Assembly: GCA_012295275.1 (NCBI GenBank)
Contig: CM022677.1
Span: 22,320,001-22,384,000, forward strand
DNA from: Chrysomallon squamiferum
Lineage: Eukaryota; Animalia; Mollusca
Direction of reading: 5' to 3'
Length of the DNA: 64,000 bases
Below the pieces are notes generated by a model. That model saw nothing but the letters and a program-made list of their open reading frames with translations, made no database searches and had not been told where the DNA came from. The position numbers and the translations under genes were made by a program. Shown here in pieces: positions 51,738 through 64,000 of the stretch. Each line of letters opens with the position of its first letter. The first letter of the stretch is position 1.

Positions 51738-51879
51738 GTTTGGATGATCGAGTGTGGCGTTCTACAGAACTGTGCTATATGAAAAGTTCTGAGTGCGCAT
51801 GTCGCCGAATCCGAGTAGCAACCTGTCTGGGACCTGACATTGATATTTCTCTCTTCTGAAACACGACAGCTGTCAGCTG

Positions 51880-52249
51880 ATCACGTGATTCAGGAAGTCC
51901 GCGTCACTGACACAGATGAAATACTTCGTGGACAAAAATAAATTTTGTGTAAACTTAACACTGACATGCAGCGTATCAAACGTAACACTGGGTGCAGAGA
52001 AAATATTTAATTTAATCACGTGACCAATTCATTTTAATGAATCTTAAAATTATTCAAATGGTATTTAAACAATCATCAACAGCATTATCATCAAAGAAAA
52101 AAACAACTTTAAATAACTAAAATAAAACTAATAATGTATTTATTGAGGTAAAATCTCACTATTCTCAGGCATGTTGTGTTAATTCAGATGCTAATCAAAA
52201 GTGAGTTTCTCAAACAAGATGAGAGTTAATAGTTTGTCAATACATGATG

Positions 52250-52291
<42 letters not shown>

Positions 52292-52398
52292 GTTATAATA
52301 ATAATAATAATAATAATAGTTATAATAATAATAATAATAATAACATTGATGATGATGATAATGATGACAATAATAATAATAATAATAATAATAATAGT

Positions 52399-52429
<31 letters not shown>

Positions 52430-52470
52430 GTTATAATAATAATAATAATAACATGATGATGATAATGATG

Positions 52471-52508
<38 letters not shown>

Positions 52509-53090
52509 GAAATAGATCATTTAAAAAACAAATCTTCAAATTTCAAATAAATAAATTGTACAGAATTATATTTTACAATTTTGTTAGATTGTTATTTTAA
52601 ATAAGTTGTTTTTCCTGTAGTTTTGATAAGTATAACATTATATGACGTCATTCAGGGAGATCATAAACATGTAGAAGATTTGTAAAATGAGGTAAGTGAG
52701 ATGGCTTTTGTATTCATCTCTTTTATTAGTATTGAAAAAATATTAATTTTAATTATTTTATCAAGCAATTAGCTGTAATCTAACATTCTTTTATACTTTT
52801 AAATGTGAACAGTTTTAAACTGTGAAACTTTGGTCGTTCACGAAAATCAGCGTCGTGTGTGACAGAAAAACAGGGAAAGGAAAATTCTCGAACTTGTCGC
52901 ACTGTTGAATATTTTTTTGAGGGGTAATCAAATATATATATATATATATTTTTTTTTATAATTATTTTTATTTCGAGAATTCATTTTATCTGTTAGAAAT
53001 CAGATTTTCGTTTCAACGAGACGTCAGAAATAGAATCAGGCGTTAACAGATGATGTCAGTTCAGTCTCGCTCAAACAACTGTCCTCTTCG
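51880..53090 (+). mobile_element. Second long copy of the interspersed repeat at 14440-15760
   Basis: Colinear similarity, e.g. 52570-52730 versus 15228-15390. Confidence 0.55.
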
Positions 53091-53637
53091 GCGAGATGGG
53101 GTGGGGTGGGGGCGGGAAACACATGGGAAAGAGTGCATGCAACTATTTAGAATAAGATATAAATTTGTTTTCATCATCACGTAAAAATGTGACTGATTTT
53201 CTTTTAACAGTTACACATAAAGTATGTTTTAATACACGAAATAACACTATAATCCTTCCGTGATTGCAAATCAAGGGAAATAAGTCCATAATAGGATACA
53301 AAAAAAAGCTGTACTACCCATCCATTCTTAATTAAAAAGGAAATATGAGAACGAAAGAACACAGTTTAAAAATACGCGTTGATAGTTGCTAAGGTAGATG
53401 TACAGATAGATAGGTACACAGAAAATGACTGCAGGTAGGACAGTTCGTGTGCATGTTGAAGGAGGACTGATATTTATGAGAGGCCGCAGACGAGACTCGG
53501 ACGTATGGCAGCCATTGTCCAGCAACCCGAAGGTGGACGATGTTCGGACAACGAGACAAACTTGAAACATGGTTGCTCCATAAACGTGGGTAATCATCGC
53601 TTCCCACGAAGCACGCCGTTTGTTTTTGTCTTTATCG

Positions 53638-53685
<48 letters not shown>

Positions 53686-54413
53686 TGTATGTATGTATAT
53701 ATATCTGTGTATGCATTTCATTTAGTAGATGATTTTTATTATATCATATATGTCTCTCTGTCTGTCTCTGCCTCTATTTATCTATACATTTGTCTGCTGT
53801 TCTATTTTTTATTTTTTTTTTTTTTTTTTTTTTTTTTTGTATTGTTTTGTTTTTAATATTGTTATCTGCTTACATTTATGTTATTTAATTACATTAAAAA
53901 TTCAGTTACATTACGTTAGAAATGAATTGACCAACTTTTTTTCTTTCACATTGTTCTCTTTTCCGTCGTTTTATTGTGCAGTTTTTCATTTTTTCTTCTG
54001 TATTTCCTATTCATGTCCAATTTGTTTACACTGTTTAGCTTTTTTTCAACAGCGATATTTATTTAAACACAGAAACACAAATAAATGCAATATTCAGATA
54101 TCTATGTTTAATTAAAAAGTATTCAGCTGTTTTGAAAAATCTGGTCAAATATTTGATGGTGCTGTAAAAAACAGCGCTGTGTTTTATAGTCGTACTGACA
54201 TTAATGTATTCGTTTCAATATCAGTGCGAATCTGCGTAACGCAAACACACACAAATTATAACTGTTTATTACTTCGTCTGTTTCCTTCATGATTCATTAA
54301 CTACATTTTTCTGTTTCTTTTCTTTTTTTTTTTTTTTTTTTTTTTGTCATTTTCTCTTACCAACTATTTTGTTTATTCATACCTTACGTTTTTCTTCACC
54401 TCGTTTGTTTATT

Positions 54414-54449
<36 letters not shown>

Positions 54450-54516
54450 GATAATAATAATAATCGTTATTATTATTGTTGTTGTTGTTGTTGTTGTTGT
54501 TGTTCTTCTTCTTCTT

Positions 54517-54591
<75 letters not shown>

Positions 54592-56344
54592 AACTACATT
54601 CAGGTAAGTTTTACTTCAAATGGTCAAATGCAGATAGAGAACGGCTGACATGAGTACACACATACAATCAGACACAAAATGGATGAAACTATAACACGAA
54701 TGAATGAATAAATAAATAAATAAATAAATAAATAAGTAGATGGACAACAAAAGAAAGGAAGGATGATGAAAAAGTAAAAGTAAGATAAATGTCGCTTTAA
54801 CGTCCGCACACAGTGACAGGGTCAGTCTCTGGATGCGGTTGTGGGGTAACGTACGTTATTCATGTTGAAGTCCACGAACTGTGGAAACTCTTTCTGTTAT
54901 CACACTTCACCCCACGAAAGCTCGACTGCAGAGATGCTGGGGATTGTGCTGCTTGTTCCTGGACAGGGATTGGGTGAACGTGAAGGGATGCTGCAGTCCA
55001 TTCCTGGAAAAGGATGTTTGAGTTAGCGAAAGACTGCATGGGTGACACCCCAGTGTAAACTCTTGTGTAAAACAAAGTGCTGTTCGTGTTGCACGTTACA
55101 CTTTCTCATATTATTATTGTTTACGTCATCTGTCAGCTTTGGACAAAACACTCATCGTGACGTCATGATCCACGACGAACGCTCTGGTCGGACTTCAGTT
55201 TTTTCTAAAACGAGGTTGGTCTGTAAACAAGGAACTCCGCACTGCTGTCTGTTTCACTGTAGACGACGAATTGACGAGTTTAAACGTGCTTCACTACCGA
55301 GTGACAGTTTAGTCAACGTAGTGACGTCATGCTGAAAGCCTGTTACATCTCACCATTTTGACGATATCTAGACCACGTGTCTCGTGATAATACTGACAGA
55401 TGACTGGATTGAGTACACAGCTCTGCAGGGTGGTTTCATAATCCAGCATCAGGCATGTGTGCGATGTCAATACGACTGTTGTAACAGATACATTTTGTTT
55501 GTTCTTAATTACGACATAATTTTTGTTGAATTATTTCTTACTTTTCAGACCTCAGAATCAGTTTTAATCTTGTTTATCTCTGTTATGTAATGTTAGGTCG
55601 CAGCGATTTATTTATTTTATATATTAAAAAAATAAATTTATAAACGTTACGTAACATTTTCAATACGATACGTAATTGAAATTTCAGATTTCTACGTGTA
55701 AAACACGTCATCTGTATGTATGTGTGTGTATCTGTGTGTGTGTGTGTGTGTAATGAATTATGTATATGACTTATTATGTAATAAACTGAACGTGATGATG
55801 TGACACATCGTGTTACTGATTCAGTTACATTGGTGTAGAAGAGAGAGACAGTTCACACAAATCTATCAACAACAAAAGCTGACGTACACGGTAACGAGTT
55901 GTATTTTTAACTAACGTCACATCTTTGTGTTAAATTTCATACCACTGCTTATACCACGACGACCACCACTACTATACTACTACTACCTCTTCTACTTGTA
56001 CTGTGATTACTGTCACTACTGCAACTGTTGTTGCTGCTGCTGCTGCTGCTGTTACTGCTGCTACTCCTATTATTACAACTGTACTGCTGCTATTGTCACC
56101 ACCATCACTACTTCTAATGCTACTTCTACTATAACTAATCACTGTGCTACTACTACAACTACTACAACTACTACTTCTTCCATTACTCGTCTTCCTACCA
56201 CTACTTCTCCACTACTGATACTACGACCACCACTATTTTTGCAACTACTACTACTACACTATTGCTGCTGCTACTACTTCTACTGATACTACTAACACTA
56301 CAGCCACTACTGCTACCCTGTCCCCCTCCTACTACTTCTTAACA

Positions 56345-57530
56345 ACAGTAGTATCAGTTAATAGTGATAGTAGTAGTAATAATATTAGTTAACAGTGATA
56401 GTAGTAGTAATAGTATCAGTTAATAGTGATAGTAGTAGTAATAGTATAGTTAACAGTGATAGTAGTAGTAATAGTATCAGTTAACAGTGATAAGTAGTAA
56501 TAGTATTAGTTAACAGTGATAGTAGTAGTAATAGTATGAGTTAACAGTGATATTAGTAGTAATAGTATGAGTTAACAGTGATATTAGTAGTAATAGTATT
56601 AGTTAACAGTGATATTAGTAGTAATAGTATCAGTTAACAGTGATAGAAGTAGTAATAGTATGAGTTAACAGTGATATTAGTAGTAATAGTATCAGTTAAC
56701 AGTGATAGAAGTAGTAATAGTATGAGTTAACAGTGATAGTAGTAGTAATAGTATTAGTTAACAGTGATAGTAGTAGTAATAGTATTAGTTAACATTGATA
56801 GAAGTAGTAATAGTATTAGTTAACAGTGATAGAAGTAGGAATAGTATTAGTTAACAGTGATAGAAGTAGGAATAGTATTAGTTAACAGTGATAGAAGTAG
56901 TAATAGTATTAGTTAACAGTGATAGAAGTAGTAATAGTATTAGTTAACAGTGATAGAAGTAGGAATAGTATTAGTTAACAATGATAGAAGTAGTAATAGT
57001 ATTAGTTAACAGTGATAGAAGTAGGAACAGTATTAGTTAACAGTGATAGAAGTAGTAATAGTATTAGTTAACAGTGATATTAGTAGTAATAGTATTAGTT
57101 AACAGTGATAGTAGTAGTAATAGTATTAGTTAACAGTGATAGAAGTAGTAATAGTATTAGTTAACAGTGATATTAGTAGTAATAGTATTAGTTAACAGTG
57201 ATAGAAGTAGTAATAGTATTAGTTAACAGTGATAGAAGTAGGAATAGTATTAGTTAACAGTGATAGAAGTAGTAATAGTATTAGTTAACAGTGATAGTAG
57301 TAGTAATAGTATTAGTTAACAGTGATATTAGTAGGAATAGTATTAGTTAACAGTGATAGTAGTAGTAATAGTATCAGTTAACAGTGATAGTAGTAGTAAT
57401 AGTATCAGTTAACAGTGATAGTAGTAGTAATAGTATTAGTTAACAGTGATAGAAGTAGTAATAGTATCAGTTAACAGTGATAGTAGTAGTAATAGTATTA
57501 GTTAACAGTGATAGAAGTAGTAATAGTATT
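56345..57530. repeat. 31-bp minisatellite, ~38 copies
   Basis: Unit agttaacagtgatagtagtagtaatagtatt; consecutive copies start at 56756 and 56787. Confidence 0.95.
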
Positions 57531-57664
57531 AAGAATAGAGATAGTAGTAATAGTATTAGGAATAGTAATAGTATTAGGAATAGTGATAGTAGTAGTAATA
57601 GCATTAGGAATAGTGCTGTCGCTAATAGTAATAGCAGATGTAATAACAAATGTCAGACAGAGGG

Positions 57665-57701
<37 letters not shown>

Positions 57702-57885
57702 AAAAAAAACAAGCGATATGAAGCAAAAAAGAAAAAGAAAGAAGATAAATAAAGAAAAGAAAAATATAGAAAAAATAAATGAAACAGAAATAAACAGAAA
57801 ATAATATAAAGAATCAAAGAGATCAGAGACATGAAACAAATATCTATGTTTATAATTTGACAAGTAATCTGATTACTTATTCTAG

Positions 57886-59105
57886 ATGAAATTCCAAGTG
57901 TTGGTAATCTTGATGCTGTTATCAAATGTTTTAGAAACAAGTAAGTATAACATTGCATTTTTATAAATGATTGAAACGTTTTCAGTGATAAATTAAACAA
58001 ACAGCAAACAAACAGAACAACAATAACAACACCAAAAAAAAAAAATATATATATATATCATCTCAAACTTTTTAATATTTTAATTTACCCCGATTTGTAA
58101 AATGTTTATTCAAATTTTAGACTTCAAGTACAATTTTTCCTGTCACCAGATAGAACTTAATAATATAATTGTTGTTTCTAAAGTTAACTGGAAAGTTTGG
58201 TTACTCGAATACGACTGTGTAAAAAGTGTGATATTATTAACATGTCACTGCCCCAGTTAGGACAGAAACGAGGCATCAGTTAAAATATTTCACGTTTAAT
58301 CTGAGTCGGGTTGAAAATACTGAGAACTGATGCGTTTTAGTGGATGTTTCTGTTTCTAAATTTAAACAGAACAAATGACGTACCTAAAACCAAAACGTAC
58401 AGTACTGCGTTAGACGTAGTTGTAGTAATATAGTAAACAGTCGTATTAGTAGTAATACTGATGGAAGCTGCAGAGGAAGTAGATAGAGGAGTAGAAGTAG
58501 TAGTTACAGCTGATGCAGCAGAAGTAGTACGAAACAGAAAAATGTATGATTAAATAGATTGATCGATAGATAAATACATAAATAGATAGGTAGATAGGTA
58601 AGTAGATAGTAGATATATTATTATTGTTGTTGGTGGTGGTGGTGGTGGTGCTGTTGCTGTTATTGTTGCTGTTCTTTTGTATTTGTTATTATTATTTGTT
58701 GTTATTATTATTATTATTGTTGTTGTTGTTGTTGTTGATGTTGTTATTATTACAGAGGTATATTACTATATCAGTAAAACACGCAAAGCTAACGACGGCT
58801 CAATTAATCTAACATGCATTGTGAAAGGTGCCCGTGATCTTTACGACATAATAGAATTCTTCAGAGATGGCACCGTAAATCAGGGGCCCTTGGTGAGGAT
58901 TCTTCAGAACTTGAGAAGTTGTGAAGTGATCTCTCTGCTAGATCCGAACTTCAATGCGTACTGTGGGCCGGGAACGCAGGAAAGGTACTCGAACATCAAG
59001 CTGTACACGATGACAATCATACGCGCATCTCAGGAAAGAACGAAAAAGTGGTTTTGTGATCTACGCAGGCATCACTCAACCAGTTCCATCCTTGTGCAAA
59101 TCTAG
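57886..59105 (+). CDS. Secreted single Ig-like domain protein (possibly truncated); exons 57886-57940 (signal peptide) and 58756-59105; 134 aa
   Basis: Exon ttctag|ATG... encodes MKFQVLVILMLLSNVLET + A|gtaagt (phase 1). It joins ttacag|AG to give K-VYYYISKTRKANDGSINLTCIV...IIEFFRDG...C...YCGPGT...LYTMTIIRASQERTKKWFCDL. This has an Ig-like B-strand (INLTC) and F-strand (WFC) cysteines plus an inner Cys pair. Confidence 0.75.
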
Positions 59106-59408
59106 AAGCAAATAAACGAGTTTGCGATCAAAGAAAAGTGCGTTTTGTCAACTAGACTTGTCATCTGATAGAACAGTAATAACAACAACAACAACAATAA
59201 CAAACAACAACAACAACAAGATAAATACAAACACATGAAGCCAAATTATCCTTATAACGAGATAGAAGCAAATAAACGAGTTTGCGATCAAAGAAAAGTG
59301 CGTTTTGTCAACTAAACTTGTCATCTGATAGAACAGCAATAACAACAATAACAAACAACAACAAGAAAAATACAAACATATGAAGCCAAATTATCCTTTT
59401 AACGAGAT
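59103..59408. repeat. Tandem duplication of a ~150-160 bp unit beginning at the Ig-like gene's stop codon
   Basis: tagaagcaaataaacgagtttgcgatcaaagaaaagtgcg...aacgaga occurs at 59103 and ~59263. Confidence 0.9.
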
Positions 59409-59440
59409 CCAGGTAGACAACTGTGTTCACTCACGATACG

Positions 59441-59492
<52 letters not shown>

Positions 59493-59983
59493 AGAGATAA
59501 ACACAGACACACAGAATCTTAAGTTGTTACACTTTAACGAATAATCATGAAAATAGTTGAATAGTTCTGTGATTTTTCTTTTTCTTTCTTTCTTTTTTTT
59601 TTTTTTTATTTTTTATTTATTTATTATTATTTTTTTTAAATATAATTTCCCTGTCTCTGTGTATTCTGCTATAAAAGAAAAGAATCAGAATGTCTAATAT
59701 AAAATGTAATATAAAATGTCTATTATTAAAATGTCTCTGTTACAGCTACTTTTCTAACAACACTGCGCCGTATCAATGATTTAATCAGGGTACAGAGCTG
59801 ACATTGATATCAAATGTTTCTCTCTCCAACAATCTGCTGACCGCGTGACTGACACAGATAAAACACTTCTTAAAATAAATCTTCTTTAACCTTTGTTTGT
59901 ACTGAAGATAACACTAGGTACAGAAGAAAACTTTGTTTGATCATTTAATGTTATTTAAAATATTTGAAATAAAATTTAATAAT

Positions 59984-60088
<105 letters not shown>

Positions 60089-60407
60089 GAATACTACAAC
60101 TACTGTTACTACAAATGTTGATAATCCTGCTGCTCCTACAACTACCACTACCATTACAACTATTATTAATACTAAAAACTACTTTTACTACTGCAGTCAT
60201 TACCACCCTTTGTAATACGACTCGTACTGCTGCTACTACTACTACTATTAGTATTACTGTTACTGCTACTACTATTATAACTACTATTGGTGTTACTGCT
60301 ACTACTACTACTACTAGTAGTATTACTGTTACTGCTACTACTATTACTATGTTCATGTATAATTAACTGTTTTTATTTTTCCACTAACATACAGACTGGC
60401 TGTCATC

Positions 60408-61945
60408 CACATAGATTAGTATGTAACTCCAGTCTGATGCAATACTCTCTTATAATCACATAGATTAGTATGTAACTCCAGTCTGATGCAATACTCTCTT
60501 ATAATGACATAGATTAGTATGTAACTCCAGTCTGATGCAATACTCTCTTATAGTGACATAGATTAGTATGTAACTCCAGTCTGATGCAATACTCTCTTAT
60601 AGTGACATAGATTAGTATGTAACTCCAGTCTGATGCAATACTCTCTTATAATCACATAGATTAGTATGTAATTCCAGTCTGATGCAATACTCTCTTATAG
60701 TGACATAGATTAGTATGTAATTCCAGTCTGATGCAATACTCTCTTATAATCACATAGATTAGTATGTAACTCCAGTCTGATGCAATACTCTCTTATAATC
60801 ACATAGATTAGTATGTAACTCCAGTCTGATGCAATACTCTCTTATAATCACATAGATTAGTATGTAACTCCAGTCTGATGCAATACTTATAATCACATAG
60901 ATTAGTATGTAACTCCAGTCTGATGCAATACTCTCTTATAATCACATAGATTAGTATGTAATTCCAGTCTGATGCAATACTCTCTTATAATCACATAGAT
61001 TAGTATGTAATTCCAGTCTGATGCAATACTCTCTTATAATCACATAGATTAGTATGTAATTCCAGTCTGATGCAATACTCTCTTATAATCACATAGATTA
61101 GTATGTAATTCCAGTCTGATGCAATACTCTCTTATAATCACATAGATTAGTATGTAATTCCAGTCTGATGCAATACTCTCTTATAGTGACATAGATTAGT
61201 ATGTAATTCCAGTCTGATGCAATACTCTCTTATAATCACATAGATTAGAATGTAATTCCAGTCTGATGCAATACTCTCTTATAATCACATAGATTAGTAT
61301 GTAATTCCAGTCTGATGCAATACTCTCTTATAATCACATAGATTAGTATGTAATTCCAGTCTGATGCAATACTCTCTTATAATCACATAGATTAGTATGT
61401 AATTCCAGTCTGATGCAATACTCTCTTATAGTGACATAGATTAGAATGTAATTCCAGTCTGATGCAATACTCTCTTATAGTGACATAGATTAGTATGTAA
61501 TTCCAGTCTGATGCAATACTCTCTTATAGTGACATAGATTAGTATGTAATTCCAGTCTGATGCAATACTCTCTTATAGTGACATAGATTAGTATGTAATT
61601 CCAGTCTGATGCAATACTCTCTTATAGTGACATAGATTAGTATGTAATTCCAGTCTGATGCAATACTCTCTTATAGTGACATAGATTAGTATGTAATTCC
61701 AGTCTGATGCAATACTCTCTTATAATCACATAGATTAGTATGTAATTCCAGTCTGATGCAATACTCTCTTATAATCACATAGATTAGTATGTAATTCCAG
61801 TCTGATGCAATACTCTCTTATAATCACATAGATTAGTATGTAATTCCAGTCTGATGCAATACTCTCTTATAATCACATAGATTAGTATGTAATTCCAGTC
61901 TGATGCAGTACTCTCTTATAATGACATAGATTAGTATGTAATTCC
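60408..61945. repeat. 49-bp minisatellite, ~31 near-identical copies
   Basis: Unit acatagattagtatgtaa(c/t)tccagtctgatgcaatactctcttata(atc/gtg). Confidence 0.97.
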
Positions 61946-62867
61946 ATTTTGATCCAATACGCTCTTATTATCCCCTAGTAGGTTTTATATGCATTTATTC
62001 AATACATTGTGTTTTATTAAGAAAAACTAAATATTTGTTCACATTACAACCAAGTACATGATGTACAAGTGAAACTTTGTCGTGTGATGTTTGCTATTTG
62101 TTCTGCTTGAATAAATTTAATAAATGCTGTTATATAATATTAATCCTATTGTAATTATATTAACTCCAGCTGCTAAGAAACAAAAAAAGGTTTTATTAAA
62201 CAAAATATAAATATTTGTGATGATTACATGTATGTTGTATGTCAGATAACTCATTTACATTATACAACAGAATTACCTCCCCCTACCATATATATATATA
62301 TATAGTTCAGTTTTAATTATCTATTTTAACTCTTTTTTAATAGTGTCAGTTTTAGAATAGATGTGTATCTGTTATAAAATATGCTATGATAGTATCTCTT
62401 TGAAATAGTTTTCTTTTATCTATTCTGAAAATCTTGCAAAACCATGTCGAGTCTGAATATTTATTTATTTATTGTCTGTTTGTTTGTTCGTTTGTCTGTC
62501 TGTCACAGCTATTACATACAACCAAACACAGATGGCCTCACTGATTATGTGTTGGTGATAACAGAGAACCTTTCTAAGTAACATGAAAACAATGGGTTGA
62601 GTGATTTGAGTATCGTAAAACAAACAATCGTTAGAGTATTACTAATGGCAATGTCGTCTTATATTCTTTAGTCGAATGTAGTAAAAAAAATAAAAATAAG
62701 TAGAAATCTGAGGATTATTCACGCGAAGTGAAATATAATCTTACTTCAAATACAATAATTAAATTAAATAGATTTCTCAGGATTGTTGAAATAGGGTTTT
62801 AATTCATACATAAAATGGAATTAAAATAAAATAATTAAAACAAAATTAAATATGATCAGATTTCGAA

Positions 62868-62923
<56 letters not shown>

Positions 62924-63623
62924 TAAAACGATAAAAAAAAAGTAAATAAATAAATTCTTACATATATAAGAGATTCGTATATCTGTTTATTAGAACACAC
63001 GATCTGAAATGACGTAATGTTCAAATTAATGACGCAATCGACGGAAATTACTCAGCGTCTGCTCCAAAGAAGAAATACTTATCATATGCAATTTTAATAT
63101 ATTTTCTTACTCTTATGAAATGCTGCCATCTAAATTAAAGGAAAAAACCCCGTAAAAACAGAAACTGAAAGGAAATACAGTGGCTTTCATTCAATTTGTT
63201 CTTCATAATTTCTTTTCTCAGTCGTTTAAATCCATACAAACTAGCAGTTTCAGTGAGTATTCTATTTATATTTGTAACTGGATAAATATGGTGAACTTTA
63301 AAAAAATAATAATAATAAATAAAATAAAAACTATAATAATAGTAGTTTTAGTAGTTTTTAGTAGTAGTAGTAGTAGTAGTTGTTGTTGTTGTTGTTGCTG
63401 CTGTTGTGGAAGTAGTGAAAATAATAAATAAATGAATAAATAATAGAAAGACGACACTAAATAGCAGTTTTGTAAATTTGCGCCTACAGCAAGCACTAAA
63501 TTATGCCCCTATGTAACATTTGACACCCATATTTTAGATAACATTACCATAACATAAAACTAGTTGAACTGTTAGATAATATTTTAATATATTTTATTTT
63601 TCAGATTACAGCGAAGTCAAAAT

Positions 63624-63675
63624 ATGAAGACTATTATTCACTTTTTCATCATCCAAGAGTTGGTAACAATATCGT
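63624..63675 (+). CDS. Probable signal-peptide exon (MKTIIHFFIIQELVTIS, phase 1) of a gene continuing beyond the window
   Basis: Strong acceptor ttttattttttcag| at 63604, ATG at 63624, donor T|GTGAGT at 63676. It is 52 nt (17 codons + 1), the same architecture as the leader exons at 57886 and 6058. Confidence 0.5.
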
Positions 63676-64000
63676 GTGAGTGTATAAAACTACAATAATG
63701 AACATCTCGTACTAGTTACATTGTGTTATACTATTACCCGCCTCGAGCCTGTCAATCAACTATGTTGTTGTTGTTTTAACTTTTATATACAATTAGATAA
63801 TTGACCCTAAGGCGGTTCTTTTTATTTTCTGCTCTTAATTTACGTCTGACATATTTTAGGTGTTTTCGCACATTCAGTTTCATCCCTGTATTGTGTTGTG
63901 TTATGTCATATTTTTTCTTTTCTTTTTCTTTCTTTCTTACAAATACAGTTATGTGTTTTTATTTGTACGGACGAATTTTTCTATCTTTCTCTTGAAAATA

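Noticed and set aside
51191-51747. 14-aa repeat proteins (SESYDCENYTQLIL)
   Set aside because: Open only because the 42-bp unit is a multiple of 3. There is no ATG start, splice context or non-repetitive domain.
60408-61945. CRISPR-like array (also 27402-28065, 51199-51737, 56345-57530)
   Set aside because: Units are head-to-tail with no unique spacers, there are no cas genes, and the context is eukaryotic.

Overview
AT-rich, microsatellite-dense eukaryotic genomic DNA. The gene content (perlucin-like C-type lectin, RING/NHL-type TRIM-like gene, single Ig-like domain gene) suggests an invertebrate, most plausibly a mollusc; this is inference. Most ORFs in the supplied track are microsatellite artefacts. 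Reading splice sites by hand gives six main elements. (1) A complete 4-exon secreted EPN-type C-type lectin (-, 3322-6058). (2) A 2-exon RING + coiled-coil + NHL-like propeller protein with no B-box (-, 8919-10926). (3) A gene almost invisible to the ORF track (-, 19764-26495), with ten tandemly duplicated 69-75 nt phase-1 exons embedded in a ~650-700 bp repeat array, encoding a ~289 aa acidic-repeat protein with a C-terminal membrane anchor. (4) An ~18 kb cluster (32.3-50.8 kb) of secreted Gly/Tyr/Trp/His/Lys-rich protein genes in alternating orientation: 4 intact, 2 frameshifted, 1 5'-truncated chimera and 1 dead copy overgrown by a 24-bp satellite. The cluster forms multi-kb inverted repeats and shows signs of gene conversion. 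(5) A secreted single Ig-like domain gene (+, 57886-59105) whose stop codon is supplied by a tandem duplication. (6) A signal-peptide exon of another gene at 63624-63675. Several minisatellites lie next to genes and carry reiterated TATA, FOX/GATA or ATF4-C/EBP motifs. No database searches were possible; all family calls come from motif recognition.
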